From Macrostomum hystrix (taxonomy: Eukaryota; Animalia; Platyhelminthes), in the NCBI GenBank assembly GCA_950097015.1, contig CATNEN010000031.1, forward strand, positions 1,178,001 to 1,242,000: a DNA stretch of 64,000 nucleotides, in the 5' to 3' direction. This document shows positions 51,317 to 63,500 of this stretch, piece by piece. The notes beneath the pieces are model-generated. The model worked only from the letters and a program-made list of their open reading frames with translations, was not told the origin of the DNA and searched no databases. Position numbers and translations under genes: made by a program. Each line of letters begins with the position of its first letter. Position 1 is the stretch's first letter.

Positions 51317-51785
51317 GAATGCCTAATCTGTTAGACTGAATGCCTAATCTGTTAGACTGAATGCCTAATCTGTTAGACTGAATGCCTAATCTGTTAGACT
51401 GAATGCCTAATCTGTTAGACAGAATGCCTAATCTGTTAGACAGAATGCCTAATCTGTTAGACAGAATGCCTAATCTGTTAGACTGAATGCCTAATCTGTT
51501 AGACTGAATGCCTAATCTGTTAGACTGAATGCCTAATCTGTTAGACTGAATGCCTAATCTGTTAGACTGAATGCCTAATCTGTTAGACTGAATGCCTAAT
51601 CTGTTAGACTGAATGCCTAATCTGTTAGACTGAATGCCTAATCTGTTAGACAGAATGCCTAATCTGTTAGACAGAATGCCTAATCTGTTAGACAGAATGC
51701 CTAATCTGTTAGACTGAATGCCTAATCTGTTAGACTGAATGCCTAATCTGTTAGACTGAATGCTTAATCTGTTAGACAGAATGCC
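51317..51785. repeat. 21-bp minisatellite (GAATGCCTAATCTGTTAGACT)n just 3' of the KDELC stop
   Basis: Direct tandem repetition. Confidence 0.96.
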
Positions 51786-51886
51786 CTAACTGTTATGAAT
51801 TATTGCAGAACTGGTTATAACATGATATTCGATTTTCTACCTTCTAGTTACGTCATCTTCACAAAGAATTGTTCCTCGCGGCGGCA

Positions 51887-54426
51887 TCACAGCTCGTCTT
51901 TGACATCTGGGCCAGTCCAATCGCATCGGCAATTACTGCCAGTAGGCTGTTTGATATGCTCGAAGCCGTCAGATACGGCTACTGGACTGCGCAACACCTG
52001 GGCGTACCTGTCCAGCACCTGGGCTAGGTAGCACAGCACCTGCTGCGGCATTAGCCTATCCAGCACCAACTGGCGGCCAGATTCGCCAATTTTCTCAGCC
52101 AGCGAGTCGTGCGCCTTCAGCCAGGCCAGGCGCTCCTCCAGATCGCTGAGATCCTCCTTCAGGGGAACGTAGTGCTTCATGGGCTCCATGTCGCGATAGA
52201 AATGCTCGTAATAGTCCGAGTCCTGCTTTAGTACGGGACTGCCGCCGGCTAGTAGAAATGGCAGGCGGTAGGCCGCCACGGTGCCGTCGATGCTCACCTG
52301 CGATTAGGAATTTCGAATAAAGTGTTATCTTATGAGCCTTTTTAACAGTAGGACTACCAAGACATTCTGCCGCCCGTTTTTATCACCCCCTTGATTTTTT
52401 TGGCAGCGCCTGAATGCTAACAACGTTGGGTGGTGACTGATTGGTTGACAGACTAGACGATGGTGTCCTGTGGTTGAGCTGCGCCTAATATTTAGGCTTG
52501 CTCAGTGAAGTTGAAGAAATTCGCGTCTGGGTGTCCATAGTGGCCTAGTTCCACCTGTTGTTGCCCTTGAAGGTCCTGCAGACCGTCTAGATAAAGGTAG
52601 GTGACCACCAAAGACGGAGATGATGCAAGCACATCCAGGGGACATGCTCAGAAATTTGAAGTCCTGGCAAGGCCGCACTGAGGCGCAGTGCTAATTCGTT
52701 TATAGGGTTTATGATATACACTAGCGCTTATGGGAAAACTCCGACCTTCGGTTAGAACCATTGAATATCTCGACGGTCTGAAGAGCTGGCGACTTAATTA
52801 TTGTTTCAGAAGGTGGCCCGTGTTCTTGAGTTTCGTGTGCTTGCGTTGCTCCGTTCGGTTGCAGCCCGAGAAATTGTCTGTGGGGAATACCCCCTTGGTA
52901 GTTCTGCAGTCAACACCGGAAAAAGGTGGCAGCTCTCACCTGATATTTATACTTAAAGAAGTCGCCAAGAGGCACGTGTTTAACAATGTCGCCAAGCGAT
53001 TTCTCGTGCGGAAAGAAGAACATATTGGTTAGCCGGGCGTCCACGAGGTCAGGCTTGGCCATAGACAGTTGCACCAGTTCCAATCGGCGTTTGTTAGAGT
53101 CGCGACCGCGGAAGAACGCTTTTCCAAGCCGGCGAGGCCACCTATAGCGCATGGAGTCGTGCGCGGTACGCATCAGGTCATTGTAGACCCGGTCCATCAT
53201 GTTAACCGTGGCCTCAGTGAGCTCGTAGGTTGGCAGCACAATGTCTGAGGTGTGACGCGAACCGCACCAGCTCAGGATGGGCAGGTGAGGCAGCCGGTCC
53301 AATCGGCTCAATGGCCAGTCGCCCAGGTTAAGAATAAAGTCCAAATCCGGAGCTCGGAATTTGCGTAGCAGGCTGAGTAGCAGAGGATCGCTCATGAAGG
53401 TGAAGCCTGCGACGGGTAGGGGGGTTAGGGAGGCTGACTGAGGTGATGGAGAAGTGGCTGACTGAGGTGATGGGGTGGTGGCTGACTGAGGTGATGGGGA
53501 GGTGGCTAACTGAGGTGATGGGGAGGTGGCTGACTGAGGTGATGGGGAGGTGGCTGACTGAGGTGATGGGGAGGTGGCTAACTGAGGTGATGGGGAGGTG
53601 GCTGACTGAGGTGATGGGGAGGTGGCTGACTGAGGTGATGGGGAGGTGGCTAACTGAGGTGATGGGGAGGTGGCTAACTGAGGTGATGGGGAGGTGGCTG
53701 ACTGAGGTTATGGGAGATGACGGGACAGGTTGAGGCACAATGAACAAACTAGTATTGAATTTACTAACCAGTGTGCTTTCCAAAGCACTTCCTATACAGC
53801 TCATTGTCGCGAATAATATAGCGGCAATAGGCGTAAGCGCCGTCGTTATCGAATCGTTTGGCAGCCTCGGCGGCCACTAGCGGCATGTGAACGCCAGCAG
53901 GGCCGGAGAACCTGGAAAAGTCCGACTCAAGCTGGCTATAGTTCAACGCCTGGCAGTCGTGATAGTCCAGCCAGCCGGCCAGATCAAACTGCGGACAGTT
54001 GCATTCTTCGTCGCGCAGCGGACCAACTAGACGGTAGGGCGACAGGGCGATTGGCATGCCGAAGTAGAACAGTGCCAGGCTGGCATCCCCGTGCACAGTC
54101 TCATGCAGCCGGTAGCGTAGGGCGTAGAGACCGCCGCCCAGGCGCAGCGAGTCGCTGGCGTAGCGCAGTCGGCGATCTTTGTCGCCGCCGGCCTCGGTCA
54201 GCTCCAGTCGAAGCGCGTCATCGTCCGGCTCCGGCAGTTTGGCGTCGTCTAGCTGACGACCGGCGGTGTCGCGCAGCTGGACAAACACGTAGCGCACTGG
54301 CAGGGTCCGGCGGCCGTCCAGGCCGGGCCCGAACACTAGGAAATTGGCGGGGTCGGGCATCGGGCCGGAGGCGGCGCCGGCATCAGAAAGCAACAGGGAG
54401 GCAGCCAGGAGCAATAGCAAGCTCAT
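51887..54426 (-). CDS. POGLUT2: KDELC/POGLUT2/3-like protein O-glucosyltransferase (CAP10/GT90), ~511 aa, 3 exons
   Basis: Exons 54426-53769, 53406-52940 and 52297-51887 join in phase. Signal peptide MSLLLLLAASLLLSDAGA, filamin-like N-terminal region, NLGDWP, SWCGS...DIVLPTYE, AFFRGRDS, IDGTVAAYRLPFLLAGGS, YYEHFY, C-terminal KDEL. POGLUT2 versus POGLUT3 cannot be distinguished. Confidence 0.93.
52346..52909 (-). mobile_element. piggyBac-like MITE in KDELC intron 2
   Basis: TTAA|CAGTAGGACTACC ... GGTAGTTCTGCAG|TCAA (imperfect TIRs, TTAA/TCAA flanks); second copy at 551-948. Confidence 0.6.
53430..53715. repeat. 24-bp minisatellite (GAGGTGATGGGGAGGTGGCTRACT)n in KDELC intron 1
   Basis: Direct tandem repetition. 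Confidence 0.95.
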
Positions 54427-56463
54427 CGGGAAGATCAGCTGGCGACTCAATGGAAGCAAATTGTAGCCAAGGAGAGAGAGAGAAATACTGTGATTTGGGA
54501 ACCGAGTTGCTTCAATCCGCTACCAACTAATATAAACCCAGTCGAATGTGCTCAGTGGGTCAAGTGTGCCGCACCGCAAGCTGTCGCAACTGTACACCTC
54601 CCCACTCCTCTCTACCCCCCGATTTTAACTAGTCAATCTGCTTCAGCTGGTTGGCTAAGGATTTTAGCGTAGAAAAAATAGGATGCGAAATGTTTTGTCT
54701 GTTGGCTGATTGAGCATTGGCTGAGACACACAACTGATGCCTGCAGTGCTGCAAATAAGAAATCAATAGGTCGGTAACAGCTGGGCTTCCAGTTAATCTC
54801 TGTGGCCTATGACAGTATTAGCTGCACCTGCGAGCAGGGAGTTATGTGGCATTAACTCGTGCTCAATCTCCACGTCATAAAACCTTTAGATTTGGTTTGA
54901 ACAATTTGTCCCCAGTGTTTACGAGCCTGTTACAGATACAATTACAATCACAATCGCCTATTGCAATCAATCTATCATTGCTGCATTTTCTTAAAGCAGT
55001 CTTTTCAATCGCCCACTGATGCTATCACGATGCAAAATAACAAGGAAGCTAAGCTAACGTATGGTGAAGGTGCTCCTTTGAAATTGGTTAGCAAGTGTTT
55101 CCAGTGCTTTACAGAAGGCTGAAAGACAGTCAAACATCTGCCCACTCCACAGACTGACAGTCATAGTGGATCTACCTCCATTGCAGTTCCCAAAATCCCC
55201 ACAGTTGAGATCAAAATCCAAGCCTGTTATTTTTCACAATAGGTCTTAAAACTTCTGACTGATGCCTAGCAGTGCTGGTCAGCAGCTCCTGCAGGCCTAT
55301 CACAGCATCCAGAGTTTCTTAGACTGGATTGTGATAGGGGAAAATTTAAGGTTGGTGAGCCAGAATCCAAGATAAAGAGGAGTGTACAGAAGGCAGCTGG
55401 CAAACCCAATCTGCTGAAGGCCTTGACTGCACCATAGGCTGGAAAGCAGATATCCTCTGTATTCTACAACATGGATGGCATTCTACTAATGATGAGCAGC
55501 AATCACCTAACACAATATTTCAAAGTCCTGTAGACACTGAGTAAAACACGCAAGAGCAAGAAGGATGGCAGGCTAAACAAAGTGTAGGCCTATACCGCTG
55601 CTATAGGACAATACATAGCCTGACACCAGAGAGGCAATAATTGCTGCCATTTTCAACCTGGAAATGGAGCTCCAATCTCACATAGTACACCTACTCTAAT
55701 TGCCAGACCTTGCTTGCTTTTAGTGACTTAGCTATATGGGCAGACAAGGGAAATTCTCTGAGGCCATCACTATAGTAAGCTTATGGGCCATGGCATAGCC
55801 AGGAATTCTTCACGGCATTCACAGTACTAAGAAGTTGCAAGTGCAATAGCAAAATTATGCTTAACCTAAGCAGGGGCAGATTTTTATATCATTGCAATGC
55901 AAAGGGTGATGAGCCAGTTGACTCTAACATTTAGGCATTTATTGATTGTTCACCTGAATTTTAGGCCTAATCAAAATTTACTTTTTGAAAGCACATTTGT
56001 TAGCAACCTTGTGTCTGAAATAGAAAATTATCAATAGCCTAATTTATAGGAAGCCTACTAGGCAGTTTATGCTAGCCTATATATTCCCATAACTAGCTAG
56101 CTAGGCCAAGGCCAAATAATTTGAAGTTTAAGTGCTACTCAAAAGACAAGCAACTTAGTTGTGATTATCAGTGTCTAGTGCCACAAAAGAAGTTATTAAG
56201 TAATTATGTTGTTTCAATAAAAAAATATTCTCATCCAGCTTACTGCTTTTTAAGGCATAGGCCACTAGATGTATAGCATACCTCATATTATAAATTATAA
56301 TCGCAATAATTGTGAACAAAAAAAATTTTTGAATATGTATCATACATATTTTGCAATCATATAGGGCCCATGGTTTAGGTGGAGAGGTCGGTAGGAAAGA
56401 TTCTGCAAAATAATGTTCAGCTTAATTCAATTATATAAAACAATGTCAAAACAATGTATTAAT

Positions 56464-59400
56464 GGGTGCTGGTCATTTCGTCAACTGCCAGTTCGTCAAC
56501 TTGGTTGACGAATTGACCAACAGTTTAAGGTGGTCTCACTTGCAGTTGACGAAATGACCAAGGTTTTAGATTGCTTTATCAGTCAGTTGACGAAATGACC
56601 TGAGAATGTTAGTTACTTCGTCAACTGGCTAGCTACAGTTTGCAAATGTCATAACATGTACATAACATTACCTTTGTTATCATTACTTATTATCCGGAAC
56701 GTTCTCAATCCATCTTCGCCACCCATCCCTAAACTGACAACGTGCCCTGTCTCTGTAACTTGAACCAGGGCCCCTCGCGCTGACACCTGTTCTCTTAAGC
56801 TGACAACGTGCACCCTGTCTCTTTTACTTAAACCAGCGCCCCTCGCGTTGACACATGTTCTCTCAATCTATCTTCGCACCCACCCCCAAACTGACAACGT
56901 GCCCTGTCTCTGTAACTTGAACCAGGGCCCCTCGCGCTGACACCTGTTCTCTTAAGCTGACAACGTGCACCCTGTCTCTTTTACTTAAACCAGCGCCCCT
57001 CGGGTTGACACATGTTCTCTCAATCCATAAATCTCACTCTCAATGCGAATTAGCACCTTGTCTTAATCCTCAACTATCATGTCTCAACATGATACGAAAT
57101 ACTTTAAACCTGACAATGCAACCTCCTCAAACACTATATAATGGAGTAGGGTTTCAGGAGGGCCACTCAATTTTTTACGTCTTGGTAATGGACACTGATA
57201 AGTGTATTCAGTGCTCAGAGACTGTGCGGCCACGTCAACAGGCCATACAGTGCGATTCGTGCCAAAAGTGGCAACATCGAACTTGTGGGACTAGAATCTC
57301 ACAAGCAGAGTACAGGCAGCTTATGCGGCAGGACGTGTTCGCATGGTCGTGTGCCACTTGTCAGGCAAGACCAGCGGCGGAGCCAGCGACGGAGCCAGCG
57401 GCGGAGCCAGCGGCGGATCTAGCGGCGGAGCCAGCGGCGGATCTAGCGGCGGAGCCAGCGGCGGATCTAGCGGCGGAGCCAGCGATGGAGCCAGGGGCGG
57501 AGCCAGCGGCGGAGGCAGAAGACGCAGCAGGTCTACTGGCCGAAATGTATGCTGCCGAAGCAGGTGAGACATTCTATATTTAATAATTAAATAATTTTAA
57601 ATAAATATTATAGACATTATGGTTAGTACCTTGGGAATTGCTCTTAAATAATTAAAGCAAGGCATCGCGAGTGACAGAAATCCAGATACTTCACACGTTT
57701 CTTCCTCACAGGGCCCTTCCAAGAGCCGGTCCGTCTCACTGAGGTCTCGATGGAAGGTCTGGAGCCTCAGGTGCTCCCAGAAATCGATGAGGCCGGCAAT
57801 CTAGAGGAATTCGTCATTGTTCGCAATGGCACCAAGAAGCAAAAGCCGTCACTTATTCAACGCATTGGAGCTCGAGAATATGTATTGGGGCTGAACGTAG
57901 AAAAGAATAACATTCGCTATTGGCGCTGCACCCAACGCAATTCCAGGTTGAAGTGCCCGGCTTCTGCCATTGAAGACAGTCAGGGCAACATTCGAAGCGG
58001 CCAAGCGGCTCACATCTGCGAAGCACGAGTGCGTGAGGGAATGAAGCGCCGATTGGTCGCCGAGATCAAGGAGGACGCGAAGCGGCACTGCTTCAGATCG
58101 GCTGCAGCAATCGTGGAGGCGAAGTTGCTGGAGACCGGGGACATTGGCCCAGTGGTACCCGGCATCAATCAGCTGGTGCGAATCGCCAATCGGTCTCGTG
58201 AGGTTGGGCGCCCGCAGCCTCCAGTCGACCTCCAGTTTGCACTGGCCTTGGATCATCTGCCTCCGAATTTTCTCCGCAGCGATGTCCGAGTCGAAGGCTC
58301 AGGCAAGCGTCATCTGCTTCTTTACACATCCAACCAGATAGAGTTGCTCGTATCCCGCAGATTGTGGTTTCTGGACGGCACCTTCGATGTCGTTCATGCC
58401 CCATTCAAGCAGCTGTACTCGGTGCACTGCTACATCCGACAGGGAACGACAATCAAGCAGGTTCCTCTGGCCTTCGCACTAATGTCAGGTAAGTCGGTAA
58501 ATGACTACACTGCCGTCTTCTCTGCACTGAAACAGGGACTGGGCAACTTGACACCGGAGGTCTGTGTCATGGACTTTGAAGCTGCGGCATGGCAGGCTTT
58601 ACGGTCCGTGTTTCCGGCTGCAAGGTTCCAGGGCTGCCTGTTTCACTTCGCGCAGGCGATATTTCGTCGCTTGCAGCACCTGGGCCTGCAGCAGGCCTAT
58701 CTAACAGATCCTGGCACCCGCGACTTCGCTCGCATGCTCATGGCGCTCCCCTACCTGCCGGCCGAGCACATGGGCGAGGGTCTGGCGCAGATCGTTGCTG
58801 GTGTGCACGCGCCACTGCTGCTGGACCTGGCCGAGTACGTGAGCGCAACCTGGCTGTCGAACCCGGTCCACGGAGTCCACGAAGTCAGTGTGTACGGCCA
58901 GTCAATACGTACCAACAACGAGGTCGAGGGCTGGCACCGGAGACTCAAGCAGCGGGCCGAGAGAGTGCAGTTGACGCTCTACCCACTTCTGCACCTGCTG
59001 CACATGGAGGCCAAGCTTGTGCCAATGCATGCCGCGCTGGTGCACCAGGGTGCTCAGGAGCGCCAGCACAGAGCACGGTACGAGCGTCTGCAGACGACTG
59101 TGGAGCGGTACTGGGCGCAGTACCGCACTGGTGAGTTGTCAATCCGTGCATTCCTGCTCCGGTGCTCGCGCCTCGGCCACATTCCCCAGTTTGCGTACAG
59201 ACAGCGGCAACAGGTGCAGCAGCAGCAGCAGGACTAGTACGTACGTAAGTGGATAAGTGTACTGTACATTCTGCGCATGTCTTCAGCTCTATATTTGATT
59301 GTGACCTTTGTGGTGGCCTTCTTTGTGATCTTTGTGATTTTGTGCAATGCATTTTTCCTTTTTTACCATACAATTACTGCATCTTTGTGGCAGTAACTCC

Positions 59401-59665
59401 GCCATTGTCTGGTCCCAAGCCCAGAATGAGAAAGGAGGAGGGCTGCATTGAATAAACATGCAACGGGAAAAAAGTTTCATGCGGGGCGTGTATTATTGGC
59501 AGTTGACGAAGTGACAAAAAGTTGACATCGTCCCATTGAACAGTTGACGAAATAACCAAGCTTTGAAAGTATCCTATTGGTTGGTTGACGAAACGACCAA
59601 TACGGGGAACGGGTTGACGATGTGTCCAGTTGACGAAATGGCAGTTGACGAAATGACTAGGATCC
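56464..59665 (+). mobile_element. Mutator-like (MULE) DNA transposon, 3202 bp, apparently intact
   Basis: TIRs GGGTGCTGGTCATTTCGTCAACTGCCA / TGGCAGTTGACGAAATGACTAGGATCC, TSD GTATTAAT (56456-56463 and 59666-59673), multiple subterminal GTTGACGAAATGAC motifs at both ends, internal ~157-bp tandem duplication (56731/56888), and a transposase gene. Confidence 0.93.
57188..59237 (+). CDS. PHD-FLYWCH-MULE transposase, 2 exons, ~633 aa
   Basis: Exons 57188-57563 (cag|gtgaga) and 57712-59237 (cctcacag|) join in phase 1. PHD C4HC3 (CIQC...QCDSCQKWQHRTC...WSCATC), FLYWCH (YWRCTQR...CPA...H), catalytic WFLDGTF, VMDFE, GCLFH, TNNEVEGWH. Confidence 0.92.
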
Positions 59666-60565
59666 GTATTAATTAACAAAACAACAGCTTGGCACAATAC
59701 ACTCCAAAAACAAAGCCAAGTCGGTAGACACAAAAACTAAGTCCCGCCGAAAATTATTATATTCACAGATGTATAAGCCATGAATGAATACTCATAAACA
59801 ACACATTAGGATTGGGATGCAAGGCTCAGGCCTAATCACTCTGCATAATATTTAACGACTTTTATTGAATACGGCATGATTGAATTTTTAAACTTATTCA
59901 TAGAACGCAGACAGTTTTGACAAATGTGTTCTATATATTGGTCTATATATAAATAAGTCGCTCTCAAAAAACTTAAAAGCCGTTTTAAAAAATTGTGACA
60001 CAATTTTGAGGAAGTTTAAAATGTAAACATACGATAAGTTTTTTTAAATTCGGAATTTTTTCATTCTGCATTCTAGGAACCAAAACTCGCATCCATAAGA
60101 TAATTGGCTTACTAGGGCAGGCCGACATCATAAATATGCAATTTTTAGTTTTCATGCCATTGACCTCAGCAACATTGTAATATAAAAAACTTTATACCGG
60201 ATATATTACGTTTTTAGAAAACATTTTTTCAACAATCAGTCTTGACAATTATATTTGAAAAATTAAGTCAACCTAATCGAGCATCGAGTGGATTTTAATT
60301 AGCATAGGTCTAGCCTTATATCTACATGCTACTAGGTAGCGTGTATGCTAGGATCTTGCATAAAAAGAATGTAATTTACTTTTTTAATAGGCCCTAAGCG
60401 AGCGGTTATCTTGGCTGATCTATTTTCAACAATTTATTGATTACAGAATCAGCCCATATTTAATTTTAATTTAATTGCAGTTAGACCCTGTATTGCTTTT
60501 AGTATAAATACAACAGCACTTGGCTACTTTATAGTTCAAATAGTTATATCACTGAGCTTGCATGA

Positions 60566-63500
60566 ATGCTGGACCAGAATTTTAGCCAAATTATTAGTGA
60601 TGTTGTTGGGTTTATCAGTGATGATTTAAATGATAAGTTATCTAGTGGGTTGTTGTCCCAGAAAGTATCACAGCTTCGCAGATCAATTGAACTTACATCA
60701 TCTGTAAGTAATTTTTATTTCTTGCTATTTAATTTTTGCTTTTTTGAAATAGGGCTTATTTAAAGAAATAATAAGAGATAATTTTTTCATTAAAAGAAGG
60801 CTTAATGGTAGTTTAAAACATGGTATAGGTCTGGGCTAAAATAAAAAACTTTAGCAGTACAAAGCAGTCAGGTAGTCAGTTCATAGGCTTAAAGCTGGTT
60901 AAAAAAGTTAGATAGGATACTATTGTTCAACCCTAGGGTTGCATAATCTTAGGGTTACAAGCCAACATATGATAGTCACATAGGCTGTTTATAGTAATTA
61001 TGGTTATCTCCATGGGCTGTTAAGAGTAGACTATCTAATATTAGCAGCTGTTGCTGATGTAGCTGATCGATTGGTATATTATTATTGACAGCCACAATTG
61101 ACTGTCAATACTAACTTAGGCACCTCTGTCATTGTTGCTGCCTAGCAATAGCTAGGCAGAAAAAGTGCAACAAAATAAAACACATTTTTACAGTTTTGTA
61201 TAATGTAGGGAAAGATTTGCCTGATTATTAATCCTTTACTTATTATTTGTAATCCTTGTTACAAAAAATGAGTTTTATAGGGTTATTTATTTTTCTGCCT
61301 TAATTGGCCTTAGTTAGGCCTAATAATCTAGGTAGCTAATGTCAAAAATAAAATGTGCTACTGCAAAATTTTTGAGATTTTGCTTTTAATCACTTGGACA
61401 ATAGACATTTTTTGTATGTCCATGGGGCCCATTTATGTTATTAGTAGCTATTACATCTGTCTTGCCAAATATTGCCAAATAAGAATTTGCATAGTAGAGT
61501 AGAATCTAGCTATATTATTTTGCTTGTGCTTTCTGTTGAAAGATTATGTCGTGCTTTCTAAACCCTTTTACAAAAAAGCTCTGTTTCATTTTTATAACAC
61601 AATAAATAATAATAATAGCAGGAAGACTGCAGGCAATCCTACATCATTTGGTGACACAGATCTGCAGCCAGGGAGGAGGCAAATTGTCCTATTTCACTGA
61701 CTCCAGAGCACACATGCACACTGATACCATACATAGGGTGTGTGCATCTGCTCTGACTTTCTCATTGTCAGGCAGTGTACACTTTTACTGTGTCTTGGAG
61801 GTTGGCCCTCAAGGGTGTAAATTGCATGACAAGCCCCCAAGCCTTCTCTCCTTGGCTGCACCACAATTTAGTGTTGTGGCAGACAAGAGGCAGACATGTC
61901 AACTGCTCTGCCACTCACCCTTTAAGTACGAATTTATTTTTTAAATCATATAGGCAGTGTTTTGAATTTCGTTTAATTTAGTTGCAAGGTAACTATGCAT
62001 ATATGTATATTTGTTTCATTCTGACTGCTCAAAGTCCAGGTTTTGTACAGACGAAGGCTCTTATTATTTTAGGATTTGGAGCAGGACAAAGCAACTGTCC
62101 GGCGGGTGAGAAAGTCAATCAAGGCAGCACACAAATCTGGCAAAGGTAAGCAAATTAATTCGTTTCTATCAGCTTATATATTATACTTTTTTTGTAAAAT
62201 TAGGTTGGAACCTTATTATTTACAGGTTATGAAGTTTAAGTCTTTAAATACACACTGGAATTGTTTATGACCATTGACTATTGCAATCATAAATCATTTT
62301 AAGCCTATCAGCAATGCGAAGGCAACCTATCGAACTTGTTGGCCGAACTGGGCGACAACGCTTTGAAATGCGGCGCCAGTGCAGCTGGTCAAGCTTTGAA
62401 CAAGTTTTCAGCCGCCTATAAAGAGATGAATTTGCTGCTTGGAAATTTAGTAAGTACTTTTATTTTTTCTCTTTCTTTTGCAATCGTTTCAGATACTGGT
62501 ATCTGAGAAATCGATAGCGAAATTATTTAATCAATTGTTGCCCATTCAATGTGTTACTTCTGTTGGGTACAGGGCACTCATGGTAATATATATAGTAGTC
62601 AGCTTATACATTCATTAATCCTATCTCAATCAGGTTTTTAGCCCCCTGCCCGTTTTCTTTTTTTCTACTCGTACTTGTTGCAGAAAATGTAGTTTTTGTA
62701 ACTAAGGCCATAGTAGGTGTTGAAATGGGTCTATTAAAGCATGGCTGTTCGTGTTTCCGCCGCTTCCATTAGTCATTTTGATTTTTTGTTAGCCTAAAAA
62801 AACCCGAGGTGTATTACCTTTTTCTTTATGTTTTACGCGATTTATGTTCACAAAACAGTAGCTTTTGCTGCAAGATGAAGGCTTAGAGGTATGAGAGAAG
62901 TTGGAGCCTTGTGGTTAGAGCGTCGGACTCACGATTTGAAGACCCGCTAAAAAATAGGGATGTTTCTTTGGGTGATTTCAGTTGGAATCTGCGGTGTTTC
63001 CAGAAAAAGAAACAGCCGAACGCTGGAAACATACCAATCGTATGATTCCATGCTTAGAATCTACCCAACTGGGCGTTTTCTCGGTGCTTCTTTGTGGCGA
63101 AATGGAATCACCCAAAGAATACTCCAGTTCGGAAGATTCCATGCTCAGAAACCGCCGAGGAATCGCCCGTAAATAATTCTCTGGTTGTCCCATGGGCCAC
63201 TGGTTCGGGTGATTCTTCGGCGGTTTCCGCACAATTTACGGTTACATCGGCTGCTTCCTGGGTAGTTTCTTTAACTCTTGCGAGATAGGGGGGATTTTGG
63301 TATATTCCACTCCTATTTTGCACAAAAAAACCGCCGAAGAAGCAGCCGATTTTTTACAGGGGATCGGGGGTTCGATTCCCGACTGCACTGAAACAATTTG
63401 TGTCCTTTAGCAAAACACTCAACTATGCATTGCTTCAGCAGCACCCAGCTGTTAATTGGGTACCAGCATTAGCTGAAGTAATTAAGGGTGGGTGTGGCTT

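Noticed and set aside
62904-62942. tRNA genes (here and at 33243, 34230, 32460)
   Set aside because: Cloverleaves are incomplete and continue into SINE bodies, so these are SINE heads.
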